Shown here piece by piece: positions 45,630-56,325 of a stretch of 64,000 nucleotides of DNA; within the stretch, counting starts at the first letter, position 1, and each line of letters opens with the position of its first letter. Made by a program: the position numbers and the translations under genes. Under the pieces are notes generated by a model. That model worked only from the letters and a program-made list of their open reading frames with translations, was not told the DNA's origin and did not search any database. This stretch comes from Thecamonas trahens ATCC 50062 (lineage: Eukaryota; Protista; Apusomonadida). The stretch covers positions 266,054 through 330,053 of the forward strand of contig NW_013657643.1 of assembly GCF_000142905.1 (NCBI RefSeq). The letters are read 5' to 3'.

Positions 45630-46183
45630 GTTGTGCGTCTGTCACCTGTCGTGTGGGTGGGCAAGAGAGAGTGTGTGTGTTAGGGAGAGTGGGGTGGGGG
45701 TTGGGGTGGGCCCACAGGCGGGTCGGCTACCGGCTAGTGTGGCAAGGGGGGGGGATGGCGATCAGGGTACTGGAACATGATTTCGGGATGCAGATCTGTG
45801 TATGTGTGTGTGTGTGGGGGGGTAGGCTAGAGATGGTGGGTGGGGCTGATATGGATGGTGGTAGGAGCAGGAAAGGACCCTTTGCCCGTGGGGTGGTGGT
45901 GGTGGTGATGTCGAGCATCTCAATCCTGTCCAGGCCCTCCCTGCCTCAGCTAGCGGTTAAAGCAGCTCTGGAGGGGGCATGAAGACGGCTTGTAGCGGTC
46001 GGATAGCGGCATGTACATACTGAGGTGGTGATGATGGGTGCATCGGCTATCTGCGGTCTATGGAGCAAGTGTAGAGACGCTGTACAAATATGAGCCATTT
46101 CCCGCCTTCCCGCTGGCTGCATGCCTCTCATCTCATCTCGTACACATCTTGGCCTCACTACTACCAACCTTGCCCTCTGAAAG

Positions 46184-46243
46184 AGCCCACCACTGCTACC
46201 CAGCGACTTCATATATGTAGTCGCTGGGTAGCAGTGGTGGGCT
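46184..46243. repeat. 60-bp near-perfect palindrome (perfect 25-bp arms around T-CATATATG-T)
   Basis: AGCCCACCACTGCTACCCAGCGACT / AGTCGCTGGGTAGCAGTGGTGGGCT are exact reverse complements. Confidence 0.95.
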
Positions 46244-46481
46244 TTCTCACCCTCTTCGTGCTTCAATCTGTTCTTTTTCCCCCCACAACGACGACGGTGT
46301 CCTTCCAGCGGCCAAAAAAATGAGGGTACTCTCCCAAAACAGGAAATATAGTCGATTGTCTGCCGAGGCGTGATCCACATACTCGCACGTGCCAGCAGAG
46401 TCGGCGAGGTTGAGGAGGGGGATGGAGAAGGGGGAGAGGAGCAAGTCTGCTCACCTCTCTACTGCTTTGCAATCCTTGATC

Positions 46482-46817
46482 ATGTCTGAGAAGCAAGCTC
46501 TTGTCGGAAGCGCACCCGCTGGCGCGCCGCCTCCGGCGTACCACGCCGGCCAGCCTGGACCGCCGCCGCCTGCACAGGTTCCAGGTGCGTATGGTGCGGC
46601 ACCGGCAGGGGGCTTTGCTGGCCAGCCTGTGGCCTACGGCTATGGGCATGCGACGGCTGTACCCGGCGGCTGCCCGCACCGAAACCTGCACACCTCGTTC
46701 ACCTGCTGTGGCATCACCACGGCTGTCCTCTGCTTCCCCATCGGCCTCATCTGCTGCCTGGCCAAGCCCGAGAAGCGCTGTCGTGACTGCGGCCTCCTCC
46801 TGGACACAGGGTGCTAG
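46482..46817 (+). CDS. BRI3 (brain protein I3)-like small Pro/Cys-rich membrane protein
   Basis: PPPAY motif, then GGCP...FTCCGI..AVLCFPIGLICC...EKRCRDCG. Confidence 0.8.
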   Translation: MSEKQALVGSAPAGAPPPAYHAGQPGPPPPAQVPGAYGAAPAGGFAGQPVAYGYGHATAVPGGCPHRNLHTSFTCCGITTAVLCFPIGLICCLAKPEKRCRDCGLLLDTGC

Positions 46818-46916
46818 GAAGGGAGAGCAAAGATACATCGATTAAATTGGCGTGGCGTCTCGTGCTTACACTGCTTCCCTCCAAGCGCACGATTTCATGG
46901 TCCTGTCCGCGGCAGA

Positions 46917-48590
46917 CTAGTCGTACAGATCAACGATGCGGGCGAGATCACGGCCGCACGACGGGCGTGGGCACTGGCGAGCGGCACCATGCTGGATCTG
47001 GTTCCGGACATCGGCCGCGCACGCGTGACAGTACGTCCGGTGGCCGCAGGGGAGGTTGATAGACTCGCGGCGGGCACAGGCGCTGCAGACGCGGCACGGC
47101 AACGCCGCGAGCTGGGTCACCGGCGGCGGCGACCGGCTCGCGGCACCCGAGCCCGAGTCGGACGACAGTTCATCGGCGGCCATGACGGCCGGACGGACGA
47201 CCATGCCGAGAATCGGTGCCCGGCAGAGCGGACAGAGCGAGACCTGGCGCGCGCAGTCGAGGCAGGTCGCCGAGTGGCCGCAGTCGAGCAGGACCGTGTT
47301 CTGCTGCGCGTCAAAGCAGACGATGCATTCGGGCGCAGGTGTCGGCGTTGGCACGGCCTCGGCGTCGGCTCCCTGGAGGTAGCCTTCGTCGTCGTCATCT
47401 GTCGAGAGCTGCAGCAGCGGCGCGCGCTGAAGGACCATGGGTGCGACCTGCGAACGAGCCATGGTAATGGCCCGCACAATCTGCCGCCGCATCTCCTCGG
47501 TCCGTGCAAACGAGAGGTCGATGTTCTCGATCGACGCCCCGAACAGGATGGCCTGCTCCAGATGAATGAGCGCGAGCAGCCGCGAGCGGAAGACCTCCAG
47601 GCTTGACATGACAACCAGCGAGCAGATGGTGGTTAGGATCGAGCAGACAATGACAAACGAGCCGTACGCAGTGGTGCAGAACGTGACGTCGGCATCCGAG
47701 TGTGCCTTGTCGCCGGTTCTCTCGTCGCGCTGCACCTTGTCGCACTCGACAACTTGAAACCGCCACGACATGAGGAATCGCCAGAGCCAAAGCGCAAAGA
47801 GAAAGAGAAAGATGACGACGGCCGCCCGGATCCGGACCAGCGACCGGTGGCCGAGCGAGGTCCAGAGCGAGTTGACTCCAAAGACGACCCCGAGTGAAAT
47901 GAGCGAGAACAGCGCCACGTTGAGCAGCGAGGCGCCGTCAATGACCACAGACGCAAACGAGAGCAGGAGCTCGATGATCCCAGCCGTGCTGGCCGCCACC
48001 ACCGCCACCAGCCCGGCTCGCCCAACTCCATGCCGCATCTCGGACGCCACCGCGGCTGCGAAAGAGCCCTGCGGCCGCGGTCGCAGCGGGAGCAGGCCCG
48101 TCCGCACCGTCTCTAGCCACTCAATGTCGGTGTCAGCCATCCTGACCACCTCGCCACGCCCATCACCTGCCCCTGCTGGGCCTTCGGCGCCTCGCGGCGT
48201 GCCCACGGGCGAGGCCACAAGTACAGCCGGAGCAGACTCGATGGTATCCGCCGACGACTCGGAAACGCACGTCCGTGCCGACGTATCTGATGATGACAGC
48301 ACAGCCTGTGCCGGGAGCATCGGCAGAGGATTGAGGGCAACCAGCGACGAGGAGGAGGAGGAGGAGGAGGAGGAGGAGGACAACGACGGCGGCGGCAACG
48401 ACGACGACGGTGCTCCTTGCTGATCCTCAGATGCCAGCCTGGCCTCTACTCTGTCCGAAGCATGTTGTGTGGTCAGCGTGGCCTGGCTCTGGCTCTGGCT
48501 AAGGCCCTGGCCTCGATCGTCGTCCATGTCGTGTTCCTCGCACCCTGGACTTGGACTTGATGCACTTTCGCCGACCGCAGCCGCGGGCAT
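46917..48590 (-). CDS. Multi-pass membrane protein with two C-terminal C3HC4 RING fingers (putative E3 ligase)
   Basis: About 4 TM segments; CIVCFD..LLDCGHSATCLDC..CPLCR and CRVC..LPCGHRTYCHAC..CPRPSC. Start codon uncertain. Confidence 0.8.
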   Translation of the reverse strand: MPAAAVGESASSPSPGCEEHDMDDDRGQGLSQSQSQATLTTQHASDRVEARLASEDQQGAPSSSLPPPSLSSSSSSSSSSSSLVALNPLPMLPAQAVLSSSDTSARTCVSESSADTIESAPAVLVASPVGTPRGAEGPAGAGDGRGEVVRMADTDIEWLETVRTGLLPLRPRPQGSFAAAVASEMRHGVGRAGLVAVVAASTAGIIELLLSFASVVIDGASLLNVALFSLISLGVVFGVNSLWTSLGHRSLVRIRAAVVIFLFLFALWLWRFLMSWRFQVVECDKVQRDERTGDKAHSDADVTFCTTAYGSFVIVCSILTTICSLVVMSSLEVFRSRLLALIHLEQAILFGASIENIDLSFARTEEMRRQIVRAITMARSQVAPMVLQRAPLLQLSTDDDDEGYLQGADAEAVPTPTPAPECIVCFDAQQNTVLLDCGHSATCLDCARQVSLCPLCRAPILGMVVRPAVMAADELSSDSGSGAASRSPPPVTQLAALPCRVCSACARRESINLPCGHRTYCHACAADVRNQIQHGAARQCPRPSCGRDLARIVDLYD

Positions 48591-48931
48591 GGCAGACAGT
48601 GCCAGGTATTGGCGAGCTAGGGGGGAGTTGTGGGGAAGGAGGTGTTTGTGACCACGGTGGCGACTTGGGCTCGCCAGGAGAAGCTTGGTGTGGCAAGAGG
48701 AGGAGGAGGAAATGGCGGTGGTGTGTGGGGACAGTGGCCAAAGGCTGTGGTGCGGCTGTCGTTTGCCGGTGCGAACGATCGGATCATGTCCGAGTGACAT
48801 TGGGGAGGACGTACGTTTGTTGAGAGAGAGAGGGGGGGGGAGGGGGGGGGGGGGGAGGAGAAGATGGTGGTGCTCCCCGGGCTGCTGCAAGCCAGACAGT
48901 AGTAGCTGACCATGCAGCAGTGAAGGAGGGG

Positions 48932-49588
48932 CTACGCGATGGGGAGCGGATGAAGCGACGGATCGTGCGGCGATGACATGTTGTACGAGATGATGTCCGA
49001 GATGTTGGCGTAGGGATAGGCGTCGACGGCAAAGAACGGATCGTGGACAAGGAATGAGTCAGGCTTGCTCGTCTCCCAGCCGATGAGGAGGACAAAGTGC
49101 GAGTTGTGGCGGACGTGGGCGATGCAGACGGTGCCGGCCTCGATGAGGGTCTGTAGCTCGGTGTACGACGGCTTCTGGGCCTCAGAGATGAAGACAATGT
49201 CGAGGCCATGGGTCGAGAGCGAGTTCGGTTTGTCCAGCACAAGGTTGTTGCAGTCACCACCAGCGCAGACGTAGCCATCGTTGCTCCGCAGCCAGGCGTT
49301 GAGCGAGCCCGGATCGATGACGTGAACGCCCGGGATGCGCGCGCCGCGGCCAGAGAGGGCCATCGAGACGCACGACATGGCACAGCCCTGCTCGCACACC
49401 GTCGCTGGCTTGCACCCGCACGCACGGCACTCGGCCTCGGGCCCCATAGTCGCATCTCTCCACCGCGAGTCGCACTGATGGTAGTGCGGATACGTGAAGG
49501 GAACCACCGTCTTGCCATGCGCCAACCAGCTCGAGACCATGACGCCCAGGAGGACAAGCCAGAGGCAGACGCTGCCTGACGGAACCAT
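48932..49588 (-). CDS. Secreted peptidase C39-like (papain-fold) protein
   Basis: Signal peptide; YHQCDSRW..TVCEQGCAMSCVSMAL (Cys), HFVLLIG (His), VHDP (Asp). Confidence 0.75.
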   Translation of the reverse strand: MVPSGSVCLWLVLLGVMVSSWLAHGKTVVPFTYPHYHQCDSRWRDATMGPEAECRACGCKPATVCEQGCAMSCVSMALSGRGARIPGVHVIDPGSLNAWLRSNDGYVCAGGDCNNLVLDKPNSLSTHGLDIVFISEAQKPSYTELQTLIEAGTVCIAHVRHNSHFVLLIGWETSKPDSFLVHDPFFAVDAYPYANISDIISYNMSSPHDPSLHPLPIA

Positions 49589-49850
49589 GATTGGGTATGC
49601 AGAAGGTAGGGTGTAGTTGAGTGTCGATGTCGGTCTCCGTGCCTGTGCCGGTCTCCGTGCCTGTGCCGGTCGCCGTGCTGCTGGCTGGCAACAGTTTTTT
49701 GGGCAGGTTGTGCAGCAGCGTGCGGCGCGCGGGCCGAACTTGGGCGTGAGGCCGGGTGATGGCAAAGCAGGCGGGTTGAGGGCACACAGATGAACATGCG
49801 GCAGGAAGGAGAGGAGAGGCAAGGCCAAGAAGGAGAGATCAGGGAGAATC

Positions 49851-49851
<1 letters not shown>

Positions 49852-49906
<55 letters not shown>
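49852..49906. repeat. (GT)n microsatellite, ~27 units
   Basis: Directly visible. Confidence 0.98.
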
Positions 49907-49908
<2 letters not shown>

Positions 49909-49958
49909 TTCTTTGATTTGGTGTTAGGGGAGGGGGGGGGGGAAGGGGGAAGAAGCAA

Positions 49959-51279
49959 TTAGGCATCGTCCTCGACCTTGGGCGCGAGGTAGAAGCGGAT
50001 GTGGCCCATGTCGCCGACGGGGTACTCGACGACGAGCGGGACACCGTTGGACATGGAGATGGTGACGGTCGGGGCAAGCGGAGTGGCCTTGGTGAAGAAC
50101 GAGAGGTAGCGGAGCGCAAACGACTGCGAGACGGGCTCCTGAAGCTCGATGGAGACGCCCGGCGAGTCGGCATCGTCGTCGATAGCGGCCGACTGGCGGA
50201 GCGCAATCTTACCTGTCCCGAGCTCACCCTTGGAGGCAAAGGTGACTCCCTCCTTGGTGGTGGTGATGACCACGGTATCGCCGATGACCGAGAGATCGCG
50301 GCAGATGCGGGCAAACTCAGCCGACGGCATGGTGACAACCGACGAGTAGTCGGTCGACGGGATGCCAAGGCGCTCCGAGTCGATGTCCAACCCGCGGAGC
50401 TGCCAGTCGGAGACCTTGGACCCGTCCTGGCTCTCAAACATGAGCGTCACGAGGTCACCGTTGTCGTCGGCCTTCATCGTCACTGCGTCGTTGTTGCCCA
50501 CGCACCGCACAACCTTGGACATGGCGAGCAGGTTGAGCCCGATCGAGATGTTGCGGTCACAGCGGAAGTGATCGAACCCGTCCGCCCGCATGAGGAGCGA
50601 GACCAGCGAGACGTGCGACGAGTCCATAGCCTGCAGCGAGATGCCCGTCGACGAGCAGTCAAAGTTGGCATCCGTCACGAGGTCCTTCACGGCCTCGAGA
50701 ATCTGTGCATGTCGGAATTCCCCACCCCCATTCGTGAGCATACACACACACACACTCTCTCTCTCTCTTTCTCGCTCCGGGGCGGTGGAGACCAGCCCAC
50801 ATGGCTAATTTCCACCCGGCAACAGGGGCGGGGGGGGGGGGGGGGGGCAAGATTCTACCGCTCGAAAAAAACGCTCTGCGCCATTTCGGGGCCTTTCGGC
50901 GACGTACCTTCTTGAGCAGGTCACCCTGTGGACAGTATGGCAGACAACGGGGGGAGGAGGGAGGGTGAGTTAGGGTAGGACATGGGAGGGAGGCTGGGGG
51001 GGGGGGGGGGGGGGAGGGGTGGTGGAAGGAAGGGGGGGGGCGAAGGGGGGGAGGCGGGTGTGTGGTGGAGGTGGAGGTGGAGGTGGGGGAGAGGGGCGGA
51101 GGGTGTAGAATCTTCCCATCGCCGCCACTTCGGGGCCTATCCGCATGGCCTAGGGCGAGGGGGGATGGCGATTCAAGCCATGCGGAAGGGGTGGGAGAGG
51201 GTTGTGCGGATGGGGCGGGGGTAGGGAGGGGAGTGGGGTGGGGGTGGACTCGTACCTGCGGCAGGCGGGCCTCAAACAT
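49959..51279 (-). CDS. PCNA: Proliferating cell nuclear antigen; exons 51256-51279, 50908-50925, 49959-50702
   Basis: Spliced MFEARLPQ|GDLLKK|[27 protein letters not shown]. Both introns are GTACG...CAG. Confidence 0.97.
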
Positions 51280-51465
51280 GGTGTGTGTGTGTGTGTGTGG
51301 TCGGAGGGGGAGAAGTGGCTGACCGTGTGGGCGTCGGCGACTCGCCGAAGACAACCGAGCTTGAGTGAGTCGGTCAAAGCCCTGGGCGAGTCACCGACGC
51401 GCAGGAAGACTTTGCCCTTCCCCCAACCCATACATGTGGTTTTACGGTTGGCTGAACGGCTATGA

Positions 51466-52803
51466 CTAGAATCCGTGGTAGGGAGCATACGAGGTGCATT
51501 GGTCGACGACAACGGCCGGCTTTGCGGCACGCGGGGCCGGGGTACAGCCCTCAGGCTCGATCAGGTACTTGTAAGGGACGGAGACCGGCGGGAGGGTGGT
51601 GGCGAGGCCGCGGTTTGCGGCAGCGCGGTTCTGGGTCTCGAGAACCACCTTCTTGGTGGGATCCCAACGTGCGGAGCGCGCGGGCGGGTCTGCATCGGCC
51701 GAGTCGCGGAGGCGAGTGGGGAGGAGGACAGCGGCTGAGGTGGCGGCGACGGCGGCGTCGAGCTCGGTGGCGTCGGGGACGACAGCGCGCGAGTAGAGCG
51801 GGGTAGCGACGGCGCGGAGCTTGGACATGCGGGTCTTGCCAAAGGCCACCTGCTGCTCGGCCTTTTCGACCAGGTCTGTTCCGCGCCATCCGGCCTCGCG
51901 CTTGCGCAGCGCGCGCCTGGAGCGTAGCGGCGTGTGCTTGAGCTCGACGCTCCGCAGGCCGGGTACCACGCCCGGAACTGCCAGCATCTCGGCCTTGGTC
52001 CGGCGCACCATGTTGCGGCGGGCGGTGGCAAGCGGCGCGCCGGTGGTCCGCGGCGGCGTAGCCAGCTCGCCGTACGGCGTCTTGGCCTTGCTCCCGCCCG
52101 AGCCCTGCGGCGCGCCAGCGGCACTCTCAGCCTTGCGCCGGCGCCGACCGCGGCGAAAGCCGGCGTAGCGGATGCGCCCAGCCTTGGTGAACCGGGCCTC
52201 GTCGAGCGAAGTCGGGACCTGCGTCGCGAGCCCGCTGTCGTCAGCGACAGTGGGTGCTGCGGCGAGCGGCGGAGCGTCGCCCGGCGTAGGCGGCACAACC
52301 GGTGCGGCGTAGGCCGAGGGCGTTGGGCGGTTGCGGCGGTTGCGGCCCGAGCCCGAGTGGGCCTTGCCCTTTCCCTTGCCCTTGCCCTTGCCGCGACGAC
52401 GCGATCGCCTGCGGTTCCGCGAGCGGAGTTCGTCCGCCTCGCCCGACGCGATCGAAGCCTCCAAGGCACCAGACCTGGCGAGCGTCGGGTCCGAACCGCC
52501 GGCAAAGCCGCGGGCAATGCGGAGCGAGTCGGACGGGCTAGCGGCGGCCTGGCTGGCGGCAGTCGGGCCGGCCTCCGGCAGCGAGGATACCGACGCAACA
52601 TCGTTGTTCGCCAGCAGTGGCGACGAGTCGCGGGTGTGCGAGGCCTTGATCTTCTTCCTGTCGCGGCCCTTGTTCAGCAGCGACTTTGCCAGCGTGCCCG
52701 CCGACATGCCCGCCGGCCGCAGCCTGCTGGGCACGCTGCCCCTCCGCCCGCGGAAGGCTGCCACAAGGCTCCCTTCCTCGGCCGTCATCTCCTCGCTCGC
52801 CAT
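51466..52803 (-). CDS. Hypothetical basic, low-complexity protein
   Basis: 445-aa ATG-initiated ORF filling the gap between PCNA and CACYBP; Arg/Lys/Ala-rich; no recognised domain. Confidence 0.55.
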   Translation of the reverse strand: MASEEMTAEEGSLVAAFRGRRGSVPSRLRPAGMSAGTLAKSLLNKGRDRKKIKASHTRDSSPLLANNDVASVSSLPEAGPTAASQAAASPSDSLRIARGFAGGSDPTLARSGALEASIASGEADELRSRNRRRSRRRGKGKGKGKGKAHSGSGRNRRNRPTPSAYAAPVVPPTPGDAPPLAAAPTVADDSGLATQVPTSLDEARFTKAGRIRYAGFRRGRRRRKAESAAGAPQGSGGSKAKTPYGELATPPRTTGAPLATARRNMVRRTKAEMLAVPGVVPGLRSVELKHTPLRSRRALRKREAGWRGTDLVEKAEQQVAFGKTRMSKLRAVATPLYSRAVVPDATELDAAVAATSAAVLLPTRLRDSADADPPARSARWDPTKKVVLETQNRAAANRGLATTLPPVSVPYKYLIEPEGCTPAPRAAKPAVVVDQCTSYAPYHGF

Positions 52804-53245
52804 CCTCGTCCCGCAGCTGCAGTGCCTGTGGGAGAGGGTGGGAGAGGGGTGGGGTGGGTGAGGAGGTGGTGGGGGTGAAGAGGGGGGGCGAGGGGTAAAG
52901 GCGGACGGCGGAGGGGAACGGTCGGAATTTGGAGAGTGGAGGAAGGGGGGGGGGGGGGGGGGGGGGGGGCGAGCCTAAGCCGATGGCTTGATCTTTCCAA
53001 TTGACCTTGCTCTAGTCTGGTCTGATCTACCGCGTGTGCCGTATCGATGGCAGGAGAGTCGTGGCTGGCCTGATGAGGGAGACAGTGGCTTGGTGTGGCT
53101 TATGTGGCTTACGTGGCTTGGCTTGGTGTGGCTCGCGTGGCTCGTCTGATGGACTTGCGCTGGCGCGAGCGGGTAAAAAATCGTTCGACTCAACTCGTCG
53201 ACAGCAAGTTACCAGACGAGGCCGCGACAACAGGTGCCGAGCGCC

Positions 53246-53971
53246 ATGGCTGACCAAGACGTGATCGAAGTCAATTCGCTTCTCGAGTCTGGGCTGGTGA
53301 CCCGGGAGAGGGTTCGGGCGGTGCTGGAGGAGGCGCGCGCGGCGTGGGAGGCCGAGGCCGCCCGGGATGCTGCCGGGAGCCGAGGAGGTGCGGCGAGTGT
53401 TCGTGAAGGACTCGGCGAGGGCGGCGAGACAGGGCAAGAGGCGGCCAGCGGAGCAGCCGAGCGCGAGGCGGTGATCCTGGAGAGCGGCAGCCTCCATTTT
53501 GAGAAGCACTACATTTCGCAGACCGATGCGCGGATGACGGTGACGTTCCCGCTCAAGGAGGAGGTGGCGGTGCCGGCCGAGGAGGCGGTGAGCGCGCAGT
53601 TTACGCCGACGTCAGCAGCGGTGACGCTCCGCGGCTACCGCGGGCGCGAATTCCAGTACGTAGTGCGGCAGCTGTGCGAGCGGATCGTGCCGGACGAGTC
53701 GAGTGCCGTGCTGCGGACGTCGCGAAACGGGCAGCAAAAGCTGGTGGTGCGGCTGGCCAAGGCTGAGCGCGGCGTCGAGTGGTCCGGCGTGAGCGACGAG
53801 AAGAAGCGTAAGTCGGAGGAGCACCGGGCGCTCGCCGAGTCGGGCGCCACGACGATGGAGCTCATCCAGTCGATGTACCGCAACGCGTCCGACGAGGACC
53901 GTGCATCGCTGGCCAAAGCCATGGCCGAGGGCCAGCGCAAGCGCGAGGAGCGGGCGCGAGCACGGGCGTAG
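53246..53971 (+). CDS. CACYBP: Calcyclin-binding protein/SIP-like (N-terminal helical hairpin, CS domain, SGS-like end)
   Basis: DVIEVNSLL..TRERVRAVL; CS domain; MELIQSMYRNASDEDRASLAKAMAEG resembles [24 protein letters not shown]. Confidence 0.7.
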   Translation: MADQDVIEVNSLLESGLVTRERVRAVLEEARAAWEAEAARDAAGSRGGAASVREGLGEGGETGQEAASGAAEREAVILESGSLHFEKHYISQTDARMTVTFPLKEEVAVPAEEAVSAQFTPTSAAVTLRGYRGREFQYVVRQLCERIVPDESSAVLRTSRNGQQKLVVRLAKAERGVEWSGVSDEKKRKSEEHRALAESGATTMELIQSMYRNASDEDRASLAKAMAEGQRKREERARARA

Positions 53972-54000
53972 CAGCGGGCGCGGCACGAGAGACTGGCCTA

Positions 54001-56293
54001 CTAGTCAAAGTCGAAGCGGACCTTGACCACGTAGCGGATTTTGACCTTATCTTCGGCGTAGACGATAAACTCGTTGTATAGCAGCTCCGAGTCGGTGTCG
54101 AGCTTGGCCGAGACGGGCTTGCCCACAGCGAGCGCGCCGTGGTCAGACGGAAAGTTGTGGGCAGGGTTGGGCACGGTCTTGCCCTCACCCATGGTCGAGT
54201 CGAGGCCCTCGGGCGGGCCTTCGAGGGCCTCGGCGGCGCGGGCGCGGTACGGCTTGCCGATGACAGCCTCGGCGAGGATGAGGTATCCGCACGGCGCATC
54301 CTTTGTGGCCCAGCAGTAGTTGGCGGCTTTGGAGACCATGTCGGCGAGGTACACGCCCTTGCCAAACATGTAGCCGGTGACCGGAGCCTCGGGCGGGGCG
54401 ATGCGAAGGCCTTGCGAGAGGATGCCAGCCATGTTAGAAACGCGAGTGCCGTGCCAGAGCAGCTTGCGGTTGTCGACGCCCGACGCGGTGGTCGTGTCGA
54501 GCGTGTGGGCGGTGCGATCGACGGCGAGCACGTCCTCGACGTGCAGCTTGTACCGCGAGTGGGTCGGGGCGTGGGTGTTGGCGACGGCGTGCGAGACCAT
54601 CTTGAAGGCCTCCGAGTCGGGCGCGCACGGGGTGATCGACGCGCCGAGCGCGGCGTACTTGGAGTCGGCCGGGTGCTGCGGAAGGTGTGAGCCTGCTCCC
54701 GAGCTGGCGGCGGCTGCGGCGGCATCGGCGGCGTCGGCGGCGTCGTCCAGAGCCTCGACCGACGCGCTCACTTCCAGGAGCGTGTCCATGACCTCAATCT
54801 TGGCCAGGAGCGTCTCCTTGGAGTCGATGACCGGAACGGCGCTGCGGCCAAAGTTGTGCGGGACGAGCGTGTAGAACCGGTTCGAGTAGTCGACGAGGCG
54901 GGCCCGCGAAGGCGCCGGCTTCACCAGCTCGCTCTCGATGAGCTTGAGAACAGCAAAGCCCTTGGAGAGGTGCTTGACCGTCAGCTGGCCGAGCGGCATC
55001 TTGTCGACGTCGATGCGCATGGCGAGGAGCGTCGACCGCAAGAGCGACGCGTCGAAGATCTCGTCGACCATCGTACGGACCGGCGGAGGGAGTGTCGACG
55101 GTGCATACGCTGACTCGTCAACTGTGGTGTCCGACGCAGCGTCGTCGGTCATGGCCGACGGCCCACCCGAGTCACCAGGGGCAGCGAGCGCGAGCGGGTA
55201 GTACTTGCCGCGCTTCTTGACAAACTCGGCAGCGCCCCACTCGTTACCGGTCTTGCCCTCGTACTTGTCGTGGAAGAGGTCGAGCGCGTCGGCCAGGTCC
55301 ATCGGCCCGACAAGGTCCTTGGAGCCCATGCGGCGGGCGCCGACGCGGCCATACTTGTAAAACACGTACGCGTCGGTCCCAACCCGGATGAGCTGCAGCA
55401 AGTAGTATGAGTTGAGCCCGGCACCAATGTCGGTCATGTTGAGCATGACGTTGTACACCGAGCTTGCCGAGGTGTGGATGACGCCCTCGTCGTCGAGACC
55501 CGAGTCTGGATCGACGGCGTTGGGCGCCACAGTCTCGACCCGCGGTGCCTCGGCCTCGCCGACCGCCCGCTTGCCGGCAAGTGGGTCGACAACCGCCGAT
55601 GCCGACCTTCCGGCGAGGCCCTTGCGCCGCTTGGCCGACGGACCGAGCGCTGCCGCGGCATCGTCGGCTTCGCGCGCCCGCTTGAGCGCCGCCGGCGAGA
55701 GCAGCCGCGTTAGCGGCAGCGCCTTGCTCTTCACCAGCTTGCGCAGCGTCGGCGACGCGTCGAGCACTGTGCCAGACGACTCGTCGTCAAACGAGAACGC
55801 CGTCGGCGGCGCAGACGCCGGCAGCTTGCTCGCCACGTACACGCACCGCGACCACTCGGAGAGCCAGCCCGAGCACTGGTACGCGCCATCCTTGAACTGC
55901 AGCTTGGCCTCGGAACACTCGGGACATGGCGGCGGAACGCCAAATACAGCAACGTCCGCGAGATGAGCCACCACCTTGTCCTTACCGCCCGACTCGCGGT
56001 CGACACCATTGACCGCCAGCGCGTCGAGGAACGTCGCCTTGTCGTAGCTCGCCGCAAGCTCGTCGCGGACCGCCCACAGCGTCTTGTTCTGCTCCTTGAA
56101 CGCCACGACCTGAGGATCGTCGTCGGCTCCGCCCTTGCCGCCACTACCTCCGCCTGCTGCGCCTTCCGCCTTTGCCGCGTGGTTCTTCAGCCGGTGGATG
56201 AGCGCGGCTTTGCGCCCAGCGGTCTTGAGCCCGGCGTCCTTGAGCCTCTCTTTGAGCACGGCCACCGTGAGGCTCGCGAGATCTTCCGAGCCT

Positions 56294-56325
<32 letters not shown>

